This document shows, piece after piece, positions 12,697 to 25,974 of a stretch of DNA of 64,000 nt (position 1 is the first letter of the stretch; the number at the start of each line of letters is the position of its first letter). The notes beneath the pieces were generated by a model, which was given only the letters and a program-made list of their open reading frames with translations, did no database searches and was not told the DNA's origin. This DNA comes from Podarcis liolepis (Eukaryota): NCBI GenBank assembly GCA_965112155.1, contig OZ218098.1. One strand, written 5' to 3'. A program made the position numbers and the translations under genes.

Positions 12697-14532
12697 TATA
12701 AATAAGCCAAGAACCCCCTCTCCGCTTATACAATAAGTAAATCTGCAACATATTTATTCTGCCTAGAAGATAGTGAATTATGAATCGTGTTTAGCTATTG
12801 GATCATTCTAGAGGCCTGTTTTTTGAGCCATGACTAGGGCCTGGGTTAGGTGCTTGTTGGTCCTCATGAGATTGCCCATGGGAGCATGTGGGATTGCTGG
12901 CAAGCTCATGACTCACGTGGAATGTGGGCGTGCAGTTACAACAATTGTTTACATCTTTTTTGAGCTGCCCATCCTCTGCTCAAACATAGGAGGCACTTGT
13001 TCATACAGTCTGAAAACAGAGCAGCCCCAGTTTATTCCTTGCAACAAGTGTATCACTCCTGAAATTGGCCTAGGGCTACAAGACAGTGATTCCAAGATGC
13101 AACTTAGCTGAACTCCAAAGTAACATTTGGCACGCATACATGACATCATAAAGCGCTCCTGTAATCTTACCTGGGGAGCATTTGGGGTCATTTCCTAAAA
13201 GTTGTGACATGCCCAAACATTAAAACAGAATTGTCTTCCACTTTGCTTTAGAATAAGAAATGGAAGAAGCACCTCACAGGCTCTTCTTTCATTGAACAGC
13301 AAACTTAGGGTATGTTCACATTAACGCTTACTCTACTTATCGTTTTTGAGGCCGCATATAAGTGAAGTTAGACATAATCCATATTGATCCTGTGGTGTCT
13401 GGACAAATACTCTTGCTTGATGCATTTTTGCTCAAGCTTCAGTCCGTCTAGAAAACTTACATAAGCTGTAAGCACAGGAGAGACAGGTGCAAGTTGAAAT
13501 GTAGGTCCAGGTTTTCAACATTAAATTGGAATTCACCATAGCATGCCAAGGCTGAACAGAATAAGCTTAATTTCTGTTAACTACACAGTGAAAACTCCTA
13601 CTTACTTGTTGGAGTTGCCTTGTGGCACTTTCTCTTCACTGTGCAGCCCAGGCTGGTTATGAAACATGGAATTCAAGAGTTTTTAGTTACAGTTGCTATC
13701 CAAGCCTAAGTAATTGCCCATTTACCTCACAATAAAGTAAAAGGCCTTTTCTTTTTCTTTCTTTCTTTTTTAAAGCCAGGCAAATTGACAGATTGTGAAA
13801 CTACTGACAATGAGAGGGAAATGGCAACATTTTAAGCTTTAATGCCTCAGGAGAGGCGGAACAGAAGAAAAATCTGTGCTTCTGAGAGTTTAAAAAAGAG
13901 AGCAAAAAGTACACCGCTCTGCCTCCATGCAAGCCCGATTGCAGATTTACACTGAAATGCATGATTTGCACTTAAAGTGTTGGAGGAAACAGGCCAGACA
14001 CGTACCTTATGACTGGAACTAAGCTTTAGAGTTTCCTGTCATAAAAAAGCAGATTTACAATTTCTCCAAGCCCAAGGTTGCTATGTAGGGCCTGAAATAA
14101 TTATTTAGGTCCTGTGACACTTGGGTGGCCCAGTTGCTTGGGTTAATATTTTTAAATGCTTAAAGTACAATGTGCTGTTTAAGTGTTGGGTTTTTAGAGT
14201 TATTAAACAGACTTTTCCTATTTATGTGTCATTCCTCCAAATGAAGATGCTTGACTCAAACCCTCATGTAATCATTTATTTATTCAGTTTACATCAACAG
14301 ACCTGCTCAAGCTTCAACAATAGGTCAGTTCCATACAAATGCAGAATGATTATTTAAGTGCCAGCTTAAAATGGGCATAAATGGGGTAAGGTGACCCCCC
14401 GCCCACATTTTTATTTGATGTATTGTCTGGCCCTTAAAAGCCAGATTTCAAAACATATTTCAGCAGGTAGCCCATTATTTTTTTTTTAATATCAGACTAA
14501 TTATACTGCTCATTTCTTTGTCTAGAGTAGAG

Positions 14533-14880
14533 CAGTGGTGGGGAACCCCCCCCTTGGGAGTTTTCTCTTGGGAGCTGCATGCCAGTGGAGGGCAGAAAAG
14601 TGGGTGGAGTTAGCAACATTCCCTTGTTTTCCCCCTTCTCCCTGTGCCACCCCATCTCTCCCTCTCTTTCTCCCTCTTTTCTCCCTCTCTCCTCCCCCCT
14701 CCAATTTCATTCTCTCTGTCAATTTTATTTTTTCCTTCTCTCATCCCCAGTATTGCCCACCACACAGCAGAAGAGGAAGCAGACTAGTGGAGTGGTCCAG
14801 GGACCCAGAGTAGGCATGTGGTGCCTGGAGGGCCACATTAAATTTGACTAGGGGCTGCGTGCAGTCATTGTGCCACAAAT
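14533..14880. mobile_element. Degraded hAT (Charlie-like) remnant
   Basis: Starts CAGTGGTGGGGAACC and contains GGAGGGCCACATT. The right end and TSD are not resolved. Confidence 0.35.
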
Positions 14881-14962
14881 CTAGTCCTTATTATATTAGA
14901 ATTAGCTCATGTCAAAGTAGCTGTAGGGTAACATTTGTTCTTATTTACATCAGTACACGAGA

Positions 14963-16110
14963 GAGCAGCTCTCACCTGTGCCTACTAGAAGCTGTCAGCA
15001 GTCACACCCCAGGAAATGCCTTCAACTGGCTGGCTAAACCAGGAGAGCGTAGCCAATGGGTTTCAAACCTTCAGAGAGTCAGGGACTTCCCCTGCATGTG
15101 GAATCAGGCTCTGACAGATTGAGTGAATGAGACCAATAGTGGGTCCAATACTCAAGAAGGTGCTTTCTTCATGTACTATAGAGCAGTGTTTCCCAACCTT
15201 TTTTGGGCAAAGGCACACTTGTTTGATGAAAAAAATCTCGAGGCACACCACCATTACAGCCCCGTGACGTCAGCGCGCAGCGTCACGCCGGGAGGGACGC
15301 ACGAAAGTGTAAGTTTCAATTTTTTTCCCTCCCCCTTGCCGGGGAACCTCCAAGCTTTGGGGGTGGGGGGGGAGGAGGCAGCAAAGCGAGGCAGGAAGGA
15401 GAGCGCGGCTTGGCTGGGTGAGCTTTGGCAGGGGCAGGGAATGAGAGCCGCGAGGCGGGCGCTGCGGACGGAGGCGCTGCCCGCCGAGCTCGCAGGCAGC
15501 CAGGCAGGCAGACAGCGAGAGCCCCGCGCTGGGCGGCCTCTCCTCGCCGCCGCCGCCCCGCCTCTCGCCGCCCGACCCGCCCGCCTTCCTCCAGGCAACA
15601 TCTCGCGGCACACCAGGCAACATCTCGCGGCACACTAGTGTGCCGCGGAACAGTGGTTGGGAAACACTGCTATAGAGGAGAGTGAGGGGCAATAGGACTT
15701 GTCAGCCTGGGAAGTTAGCCCATCTAGGAGAAGGAGAACTCTGATTCTAAACCTCTGCTGCCTTGTGAGATATCTTCAGGAGAAGAAAAGCTGCTAAGGA
15801 GTAAACCCTACACAGATCTGGAGTCGAGTCGAGTCGAGTTGGTTGGTGTCTTCTGGCAACCCCTGCAGCCAACTCCTGGTGCCAAATGAGGCTGAGAGCG
15901 GGGTCTTGTCATCTAGGCAGCCCAGGACCTCCATAGACACTCCATACACACTGCCTAGGCTTGTGCTCCAGGTTTGGTGCTGCAAAAGCAGCAAAAACAA
16001 TGCAGGAGGCAGCAGCTATGAATCACCAACAGTCAATTTGATTCTCCAGAGGTTTGACTTTACCCCCAGAGGCTCACTCCATTGTCTCTCAAGACAGATG
16101 AATGCCAACA
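14963..16110 (+). mobile_element. ORF-less RTE-derived retroelement (SINE-like), interrupted by a hAT MITE
   Basis: Flanking direct repeat ACACGAGA at 14955-14962 and 16111-16118. The 3' end CCATTGTCTCTCAAGACAGATGAATGCCAACAAC has a stem-loop and CAA tail, as in RTE-clade LINEs. Internal CCCATCTAGGAGAAGGAGAACTCTGATTCTAAACCTCTGCTGCCTTG resembles RTE 5'UTRs as I recall them. About 650 bp without the MITE, with no RT coding sequence. Confidence 0.65.
15184..15669. mobile_element. hAT (Charlie/Buster-type) MITE, 486 bp, very GC/CpG-rich
   Basis: Perfect 15-bp TIR CAGTGTTTCCCAACC / GGTTGGGAAACACTG. Perfect 8-bp TSD CTATAGAG at 15176-15183 and 15670-15677. Subterminal GCGGCACAC repeats. Confidence 0.95.
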
Positions 16111-16993
16111 ACACGAGAACCGATAACCTGAATTAGAAGCTTCCTACCTGGTTTTTATTTATTCCAGGCCTGAACATTCTGAACCACAATGCTCTGCAAA
16201 ACCAGTCTTGCATTTTGCCTCCTGCTGCAATGGTTTTCTGGTATGCTAACTGGATTGCTTGTCCCTAGGATGTCTGTGTGACTGAATTAGACAGTGGACA
16301 GATGGTGCCTATTCTGTTTCCCCCTAGGCAGACAAGCTGTACGTCAGCTAAACTTTCCCAGATGTTTTAGGCAAGTTTCTGCTCAGTGAACACGAAGGTG
16401 CAAATTTCTTAGCTGCTCACCGGTCCTGGCAGGCAGTAGTCACGCAGGGCTTGCATCCCAGACTTTCTGTACAAGCATGAATATACCCTTGAGAATACCT
16501 CGCCTAAGGTCTTTGAATATAAATTTCAGTCATCGTCACACTGCAACCTTGAAACACAGCAGTGAGCTCCTGTTTTTTCAGAAGGGGGAATGTTGCTCTG
16601 AAAAAGAAAACGAAGAAAACAAAACAGGGAGATACACGCTTAACCTCCCTGCTCTGGTACTGGATCACAAAAATAGAACTAGAGATAGTATAGTTGTGGT
16701 ATGTTTCACTGTGTATATTGCTATCTGTGCATGTACAGTGTAATGTCTGTATTAAGCATTATCACATGCTTATTAGTACCTTTGATACACTATCATCTCT
16801 GTATTGTGCTTAGCAACTATTCATATTCTATATCTGTGATTGATGCATGTCCTTGGTGGTGGGTATACCTAAATACACATATGACACTGTATTTACAGTT
16901 TTTTATAAATATAAGACAAGACATATAAGACATGTAAGGGAAAACATTGTTATAGGTATCTAGAGCTACACTGTGACTTAACTTTATATAGAG

Positions 16994-17129
16994 CAGGCAC
17001 CCCCAACCGGAGGCCCTCCAGATGTTTTGGCCTACAACTCCCATGATCCCTTGCTAACAGGACCAGTGGTCAGGGATGATGGGAATTGTAGTCCAAAACA
17101 TCTGGAGGGCCAAAAGTTGGGGATGCCTG
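16994..17129. mobile_element. Short palindromic hAT MITE (136 bp)
   Basis: TIRs CAGGCACCCCCAAC / GTTGGGGATGCCTG. Internal inverted arms GGCCCTCCAGATGTTTTGG / CCAAAACATCTGGAGGGCC. TSD ATATAGAG / ATATAGGG (7/8). Confidence 0.9.
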
Positions 17130-20100
17130 ATATAGGGGCTTAAAGGAACAACCTGTGCAGTTTAAAAACCATTGGTCAGAGAATTAAAATAAGGTTGCTT
17201 TTGGCTGGGGAAAGGTTGCTGAAAAGTTTTGCTTGGCTTTTTAGGTTCTCTTGGTGGCTGATTTGGCTCCAGCTTGGCTGTGTGCCTGCTTGCTTGTCAT
17301 CTGCTCAACTTGATATTTTTTTCATTAAACAGAAATTACAGAATTGCCACAGGTCTCCAGAGCTCTTGTCTCACCAGAAATGTGATGCTGTACAGTTGCC
17401 CTGGAACTGCCTGTCCCTAGAAGAAGTGGGGAATGTGAATGTCCTCCTTATGTCAGAGGCAAGGGGCCGATATTATCTGGACACACATTATATATAAGCA
17501 GTGGGTTTCTATGGTAAATAGTCCTGTAAGTAAGTTATTGTGTTCAGCAAACATGTAGACCAAGTCACAGGCAGGTTTCCCAAATATATCCCCATTTTAA
17601 CTCTGTTCTGGTCCTCCCAAATTTGCTTTCCAGTATGTTACTCATCAGGGTGTTGGGGGGAACAGGGGAAGGGTAGAAACCCTCCCTTTGAAGCTTTGCT
17701 TGTTCTACTGGTGTTGGTCCCAATGGCTCTTGGACCAAAGACCAGGGAGTGTGTTTTGGAGAGTTGTAGACCCGGAGGGAGCAATGGGTAGGGGCTGCCA
17801 GCAGTAGGCAGACAGGCATCAGGAACTATTTTCTGCCTCAAATTTTACCCAAGCCCTATGAGAGTTTTGGGGCTAGCTAAGTTTGCTTCTTCTTTGAGTC
17901 AGCCCCCAAGGTCTGTTTCCAGGCCTGAGCCTGGTGTAGTCTGCTGACTTCTTATATATATGTAAGGCAAATGGGGTTATATGTTCCTTATTGAAACTGT
18001 GAACATGCATTTGTTGTGAGGGTGTTTGGAAATGTGTGCACTTAGAAATCCTGCCTTTTTGGGAGCTTAATTTGCCCCTATAATTCCCTGTAATATGATT
18101 TCACTTCAGAAAACGAGGCTATCTCATGTAGCTTTTAAAAAATGGGGGAAATTAGGGTGCCTACTGTGCTTGTATATATTTCATATTAAATATAGATTAA
18201 ACCTGACAGGCACTAGCAAGGCAGCTAAATTAGGAACCTGTGTGATTGGGGGAAGGCTTGTGTTGTCTTCAGGAAATGGCTGGTGAAACCATTTAATTTG
18301 CCTTAGGCACCTGTTTAATAATTGTGAACGTTCTTTCCGTGTGAGGTGCAGTGCATGTTTAATTCAGAGGGTGACAGACTGCCATGCCAGCTTTTGAAGT
18401 TAGAGATGTTACAGTATGACATTTGCAGAGTATTCTCTCTTCCCCAAGTACTGTGCATTTTTAATCACGGGTAAACAGAGACAATGCTCTCTTCCATCTC
18501 AAAGGTTTTGTGAGCTTCAGAAGAACAGAGACCAGCTTTCCACAGCTTTCTTTGTTTACTACAAAAGCTGGCATTATCATGGCATGATATCTCAGGTCTT
18601 GGATTAAATTAATAATTAACAGCAATCAATAAGGATAATGACGATAATAATCAATAAAACAAAAAGTGGAGAAACCCCACATTTTATGGGCAGATGCCTC
18701 CCTTTAGCACAACACAAATTTGTCACCATTCCTTTATCGGTGACTAAAGCCCTAATGTTGGTTGTTTTCCAGATCTGAAGTAGGGTGACCTTTGTTGCTT
18801 TTGTTGAATATAATTCATGTGGCTGAGTGAAATAAAATAAAATAAAGTAATACATTGATCAGCTGGGGCATTCTGGCAGCAAATCCCTTAAGTGTTTCTT
18901 TAATTCTTAGCACATGAGTTGTCATGGCAACTTCAGCAGGATCCTGATACACTCAGAGGAGTAAGAATACGCTTAGGTATTTTAAAGTACATTTTAGGTG
19001 GGGTCACAGATGACCACCTGCAAACAGGTTTTTTTCTGTAAAGCATCTCAGAATTTCTGCCATCACTGAAACCATTTCATATCTGTTTGGAACTCCTGCG
19101 TGTCTCCCATGGTATCTCTGTATGCTTCTCAGGTTCCTACAGTGTGATGCATGCTTGGGCAAGAAACAAAACTGGACTGCTGGGCCTCCTTGCTGAGGCA
19201 CCTAACTAGAAGATATTTTGGGGGGTGGAATATCTACCTTCTTATATTGATGGTGTTTTTTCTTCAATGTAGCTAGAACGGGAGTGGAGTGATTAGGATT
19301 ATTATTTTTCCTCCCTCCCTCCCTTGTATTAGTAATCTTCCCAAAGGCAATTTGTTCCTTCACAGCTATTGTTCCATCAAAAGGGAAACTGCCATTGGTG
19401 TTGAGGGCAGTTTCCCTTCTGGGCGAATAACAGCTTTCGGGGCTGATGGTTATCAGGATCCTCGTAGGCATGGCCTCCTCCTTTCCCTAATTGGGCCTTC
19501 TCCAATTTAAACAAGAAGTACAAAATCTGATGCATAAAATTTGGCTCCCACATTTGTGTGTCATCAGCTTTGTTCCACAGATGAATTTTGCGCACTGGGC
19601 ACTACTCTGGGAAACCCTTCTGAGGGTTACATGCAGTTGTGGAGGAGAGACAGAGGTAAAAGTGGGCATGTAAAATTTAGCTTTGTATAGTAAAGTAGTA
19701 TCTACCCCTCTCTATCCAAGGGTTATCAAAGGTCAAGTCCCCAGCCCAGGAAAAACAATAGGGGGGGTAAAGTAGGGTCAGTATAGCCTGGGTGGAGAAG
19801 TGGCCTGGGGACTGCATTAGGACCCCCCACCTTGAGTTAAGAGGTCACGATTCTAGTTTTGAAAGTGGCTTTCTGTATGTTACATACTGGGGAATTAGGG
19901 GTTACGCAGAAGGGAATATTGAGCAGAGCTTGGCAAGTTTTGGTTGTGTTTACCTCACCCAGCTGTTATTGAAGAGGCTGTTTCATTGGCCCTGATTATG
20001 AATCTCTTAAAAGGTGATACAAAATAGGAGAAACAGTGTGTTTATTGATACAAAATAGGCAAAGTGTATTCAGTGTTTAGTGTTGATATATGCAGGATTT

Positions 20101-22885
20101 CAAGCTGCATGGAATTTTAGGTAGAATGAGAAGGTTGTTAAATTTGATATGACCATGGTTGGTTACAGTAGAATTGCAGATTGTGGTATGTTCACAATGC
20201 ATTTAGCATTCAGATAGAAAATACAGATTATCCATTTGAATACTAATCACTTTTTGAATAGGCCACCTGATGTGCTGAAGGTTTTGTTGAATGTGTTGAG
20301 GGGGTAGGGGAAGAAGACACAAAACCAATCTTGAATTTCACGTGAACCATGTTTACTCAAAGGTCTGTTACATTGATTTCACTCAAAAGTTCTGAGTCGG
20401 TTGCCCTCAAGTGTTGCACAATCGTATGGGCAATGGTGCAGGTAGGCAACATTAGAACCTGGACTTAATGGTCTTTTCTGAGAGGATGTTATATTAAAAT
20501 GCCCATTTTGTCCACAGCTGTATATATAGAGAATGTGAAGTAATCTAACCTGAACTTCTTAAATTCCCAAAGAAACTGGGAGCTGCCATTGCTGGTTTTA
20601 CAAAAGCAGGATAGACAAGGATTGGCAGCTTTCAACCTGTACACCATTCAGGCATTTTCCCTGGTACCATGATTGACAATGGGCTGTGGTCTCTTTAGCT
20701 TGTTTCCTTCCTGTTGCCCACCTGCTCTTCTAAGAAGGGCCTAGCTGTGTTGCTAATGAGGGAGGGGGTTGTTGATCAGACCCAGGGAGGCAATGGGAAG
20801 AGAGATGTAACTTGTCTTCTCTTCCACCACAGTGGGGAGTTTAAAGGTATGTGAATGATGTCTGAATTGCTGGTTATTAGTGCTAAGATGAGCAACATTT
20901 GAGTTTGATATAGTAGCTTATGGGAGAATGTAAGCCTAATTGAGTTAATATCACTTATCATAAATTTCCAAAGAACAAGGTGATTCCTGCTGGACTGATA
21001 TGGAACGATAAAAGGTTTTAGTAACATGATATGTTTTATTTGAAAAATAAATATCCCAGAAATTCTCTTATGGGTAATTCTAATACATAAAGTTCTTAAA
21101 AATAATATTCTGCAGTAAAATTGTTTACTGTATGTCACATGTCATCAATATGTGGGTCAATTTAAGTAGCATCAAATAACCTTTATCTTTTCAGATGTTC
21201 CAGCTTGTCATAGGAATTTCAGAATTTATTTATTTATTTAGCTCCAGAGCTTCTTTTGCTTGGACTCATGATTTTAGAGCCACAAATGTATCTAGTGTAA
21301 ATCTCAGTCTGGCACCATAAATAAGATTCTTCTGAAGAAAGTAAAAGTTTCCAAATAATGCAAGTTGTTGAAATACTGATGAAAAGTAGAGTGAAGATGG
21401 CAACAGTAAGTATGTAGAGATGTTATTGAACTGTGTGAGCACCCAGGAGGTATTTAAAGCCTTTTGCATGGCACTTTGTTTCGGTTAAAGCTAGTGGAAT
21501 GGAAATTGAGGGCAGCCAGTGACTCAAAGAGTGAGGTCTTTATTAAGGACTTCTGCTGGAAGAGTAAGCGTGCTGCATCACATTAACTTTTTGGGGGAGG
21601 GGTGTCAGTCTTAGTGTTTGTTCATTGCACATTGAACTTATACCTGTGTTAAAGCAGAAGTGTGGTATTTAAATACACATTTTATTTTTCTTCTTACTTC
21701 CATACTCAGAATATCATCAAGTGCCTCACTTCAGTAATAACCACATTCAAGGTGCCAATGTGATACAATATGTGGAAGATTTTGTCCTCTGGTTAGTGGG
21801 TTGCTAAACAAGTTAATTTGATTATTCAGATACTTTCTAGCTGATTGTTGGTTGGACTCCCAGAACTGTTCACACTAAGGTACTGACTGCTGTTTCTCCA
21901 TTCATTCTTGCAGAAATGTCCAGTTACCTCAGAACCTAGTGTCACCCACTAACTGATAGCAGCAAAGGAAGAAATCAAACTCAGCCCTTTATTTCTAGAG
22001 ATGGACAAAACCCTCCATGGTTTGGTTCATGGTTCTGTAAAGTTCAAGCAACCCATGCAAAATGTTAAAGTTCCTCAAATCAAACTGAATTATTGGAAGG
22101 TATTGCCTTGTTTGCCTTCCTTCACCAATTTTCATTGCCCTCATGCCACTCCCATAGCATTCCTTGATGGAGATGATGAAGTCTGGGAGGGTAGTTTGCA
22201 GGAGCTTGTGCTACAGCTCCCAGAGTCCATCAAACCACAGCACACTGCCAGTCATCCTTTTGCCTCTCTTCGCCAAAACTGCCGCTGCTCCTAGTTTAAA
22301 GAGGAGGGTAAAGCGGGAGGAGAAAAGGACTAAGGGAGGTTGTGTGTTTGCCTACTTGAGGGTGCCAGGGATGGCTTTGAAGGTGGCAAAAAAGCACAGG
22401 AATTCTATTCTGAGGGCTTTGGAGGGGAAGCTAGATGGTTAAAAGGGCCACCTCCCAATTTTCACCAGCTCTTCTGGACAACCAGGATTCAGTTTTGATC
22501 TCGGATCATGTAATCTCTTGCACCATCCCTATATGCTTCATATTATTGCTGCTGCCACTGAAAGGCCCAGACAGTGGGTAGCTTTCAAATCCAGATCTCC
22601 ATTGTTCCATTACGAATAATGGTTATTATTGTGTTTGCTACCATTTTGTATCAGACTGTTGTGTGGAACGGTGCTATTGCTAGCCACCTGGAAAATGGAA
22701 AGGTGGGATGGGAGTCTTCATGAATAAAGGATCCAATGAATTGCTGCCAGGGAATGAGGGATTAGAGGAGCCAGTGACAAGGCTTGACCTTTCCCTGCAT
22801 AGTAGAGTGACCATAGCACTGTGTTGTGAGGAAGGCACTTCTTCTACCCAGTGGTATTCTATGAGGCTTTCAGCCTGTAGGAATA

Positions 22886-23122
22886 CAGTGGTATCTCGGG
22901 TTACATATGCTTCAGGTTACATATGCTTCAGGTTACAGACTCCGCTAACCCAGAAATAGTGCTTCAGGTTAAGAACTTTGCTTCAGGATAAGAACAGAAA
23001 TTGGGCTCCGGCGGCACAGCAGCAGCAGCATGCCCCATTAGCTAAAGTGGTGCTTCAGGTTAAGAACAGTTTCAGGTTAAGAACGGACCTCTGGAATGAG
23101 TACTTAACCCGAGGTACCACTG
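22886..23122 (+). mobile_element. Tc1/mariner-type MITE, family A copy 1
   Basis: TA-CAGTGGTATCTCGGGTTA ... TAACCCGAGGTACCACTG-TA. Near-identical to 44962-45203 and to 51770-51995 (inverted). Confidence 0.93.
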
Positions 23123-24077
23123 TAGTGGAGTCAGAGACAAAAGTTTCACCAGCCATAGAGAATAGTAAGAGGGGCAGAGCAAGGCAATCTCTATTCCATT
23201 TCCCAGGCAAAAAAGTCCCATGTCAGCAGCTGGGTACTCTCTGGCAGCCCAGCCTTATTCAGAAAACATTTCAGCATGAAACTGCTAATACAAGTGCAAC
23301 CTTTATCTGATAAGAAATATTACAGTTTGGCTAGTTTTTGTGCCAACGGTATAATTCCATTATTTCAAATGCCCACCATTTAGGAACACTGTGTGCTATG
23401 TTTGAATAGAGTTAACAAATATATTGGCAGGGGATATGCTGAAATTGTGCACAGTGTAGCAGCCTAATGCCCTTCTATTTTCATGCAGATAGCATATTTA
23501 AGAATGGCAGATGACTCACTACTATTACTCCTGCAGAATAATACTGGAGAAATAAACTTTTATTTAAACATCTTCCCCCTTTTATACAGTCATAAAACAT
23601 AGTGCGTCTCAGTGCAGTTTTGCAGCACTAGGAAGGAGGGGGATCTCTCACTCTTCATCCTTCTCTTCCCACCCTCTCTTTCTCTTCCTCACATCCTTAA
23701 AAAGAAATTACGATACTAATGACATAGGTATACTTTGTCTTAATAAAGATGTGGTGCTAGATAGAGGAAATAAGTCAAGTTATTGATTATAAATAAATAC
23801 AGTGCTCCATTACTACAGACAGTCTGAGGTTACAATTACGTAAATATTTTTCCTGCAAACATGTCAATGGCTAAGATTTCTTACACTATTTATTTTTCAA
23901 ACTTGTATCAAATGGATGTGCTCCAGTGTCTGCATTGTGTACTTAATGGGGTTGGATGCATTGTACTTAAACTAATACCTTCTTGCACTGGTGTTCGCTG
24001 ATATTGGAAAAAAGAAGTGCTGTGTTGGTGGGGTGAATATATGTCTATATATTTCATTTCATTATTCTATATATTAT

Positions 24078-24240
24078 ATTGATATCCTGTCTCTCCTTGA
24101 GGGAGCTAAAGGCAGCACACATGCTTCCTTCTCTACTTTGTGTATTCTCACAACAACCCTGTGAGGTAGGTTAGGTTGAGAAATAGTGAGTGGTCCAAGG
24201 TCATCCAATGAGCTTTATAGCTGAGTGGGAATTTGAATGT
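24078..24240 (-). mobile_element. MIR-like/L2-tailed squamate SINE
   Basis: ATTCTCACAACAACCCTGTGAGGTAGGTTAGGTTGAGA..CCAAGGTCATCCAATGAGCTTTATAGCTGAGTGGGAATTTGAA is an antisense MIR-type body. Related copies lie near 52130-52240, 54220-54420 and 58660-58760. Confidence 0.7.
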
Positions 24241-24542
24241 ATGCTTTTTAAATATAAAATAGCCATTTTAAAATGACAGTTGCCTAGGATCAAAGAATTC
24301 AGTCTTAGGGAGCCTTTGTTCTGGAGTGCTGACACACTCCACATCATTTATTTACCTGGTCCTTTGCTCTTCCTTTCGTATTCCTATGTCAATATCTGAA
24401 CCAGAGAAGAATTCCTGGATTACTTCCTCTCTTTAAAAGCCTCACTTGCTGCCTGGGCAACAGTAGTTTCAGGAGCAACACATGATCCTGGGTAGAGGAG
24501 GGAGCTGTCTCCTGTTATTTGCACACACCATCTGGTATTCAA

Positions 24543-24608
24543 ATCATAGAATTGTAGCATTGGAAGGGACCCTGAGGGTCATCTAGTTCAACCCCCTGCA
24601 ATGCAGAA
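24543..24608 (-). mobile_element. CR1-type LINE 3' terminus
   Basis: ATCATAGAATTGTAGCATTGGAAGGGACCCTGAGGGTCATCTAGTTCAACCCCCTGC is the reverse complement of the CR1 terminal stem-loop and ATTCTATG motif. Confidence 0.7.
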
Positions 24609-25633
24609 GTATTCTCTTTCTGTATGTGGATGTTTCAATTAGCTTTTACAGCTGACAGGCTGGTGGAACTTGGTGACACATTTGGGAGGAATGTTGAATG
24701 GGTGGAGCTGAGAGAAGATGGGGCAGGAATAGTTTATCAGGTTTGGTGGGGTTTGTAGCTCTACTACTTTCTGCAGGTGTCTGCTGTGGGTGATTTCTTA
24801 AGTGGGGAAATAGCAGTAAAAGAATACTCTGATGTTATATATTTTGTTTGCAACCAGACTCATTGGTAATTAGCTGAGCCCTGGTAATTCAACTACTTTG
24901 TCTCCTTGGTGTCCTATATGGCGTTCTGATGTAATTTATCCTTACTGATGTGCATTAAGGTAAATGTGCGCCTCTCACCACAGGTGCAACTGAGGTGGGG
25001 AAAAAGAAATTTGATTTTGGAGTCAGATTGTTCAAGCAGCCTGATACCAAGTTTCCAAAGGACAAGTACAATTGTACTGTGCCGTGCTGACCTTTAAATA
25101 AAAACATTCTGGTGACAAGGAAAATAGTTCATAATAGAGGTTCAGTGTGCAGCGTAGGCGGTTGCCTTTTAAAGTCTTGTCCAGTATAGATGTTGACAGA
25201 TAAAAACAAAAGGAGGCCTTTGTTGTCACTCAGCCATAGTCCCCCCCACTCTTTGGTTTGATGGGCTTGTGGATTGAGTGACAATAGCAGCATAGCTGGG
25301 TGGTCTGGGTCATTCCTTTCTAAACAGCACTTGGTGAAATGGGCCCTCCTGCTACTGGCAGGAAGGCAAGCAGTAATCTGCTAATATGAACTCACACACA
25401 GGCATGTGTACAAACTTCAGTCTTTTTGCTGACAGCAGAGTGACTTGAACCGTGTTTCAGTGCAGTGATGAACTTTTGATGCATAATTATGATACCCATT
25501 AGTGTTCGTGTCTGTTATCTCAGCTGCCCTTTGATCATTTGATCTGTTCTCTGAGACTTCTGTCCATTGTTCCTAATAATTGGCATTTTCATTGGAGTTT
25601 TTTTTTCCTTAAAGAAGTTAATGGCTTTTGCTT

Positions 25634-25974
25634 GTTAAACCACAGAGCCTAGGACTTGCTAATCAGAAGGTCGGAGGTTCGAATCCCCGTGACGGGGTGA
25701 GCTCCCGTTTCTCGGTCCCTGCTCGTGCCAACCTAGCAATTTGAAACCACATCAAAGTGCAAGTAGATAAATAGGAACCACTCCGGCGGGAAGGTAAACG
25801 GCGTTTCCGTGCGCTGCTCTGGTTCACCAGAAGCGGCTTAGTCATGCTGGCCACATGACCCGAAAGCTGTCTGCGGACAAACACCGACTCCCTTGGCCCA
25901 TAGAGCGAGATGAGCGCTGCAACCCCAGAGTCGGTCACAGCTAGACCTAATGGTCAGGGGTACCTTTACTTTTA
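25634..25974 (+). mobile_element. Sauria SINE (lacertid-type), slightly 5'-truncated
   Basis: tRNA-like head with B-box GGTTCGAATCC. Diagnostic body GTGCAAGTAGATAAATAGG..GGGAAGGTAAACGGCGTTTCCGTGCG..GTCATGCTGGCCACATGACC. ACCTTT-type tail. Confidence 0.92.

Noticed and set aside
15123-15692. Several overlapping 86-171 aa ORFs and an apparent CpG-island promoter of a host gene
   Set aside because: The GC-rich part is bounded by hAT TIRs and a TSD. Stop-poor frames are expected in such sequence.
22886-23122. Regularly spaced short repeats resembling a CRISPR or iteron array
   Set aside because: The units are about 10 bp and sit inside TIRs with TA target sites in a vertebrate genome. There are no cas or rep genes.
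25634-25700. tRNA gene (GGTTCGAATCC)
   Set aside because: This is the truncated head of a Sauria SINE with no complete cloverleaf. The same applies to 1799 and 44707.
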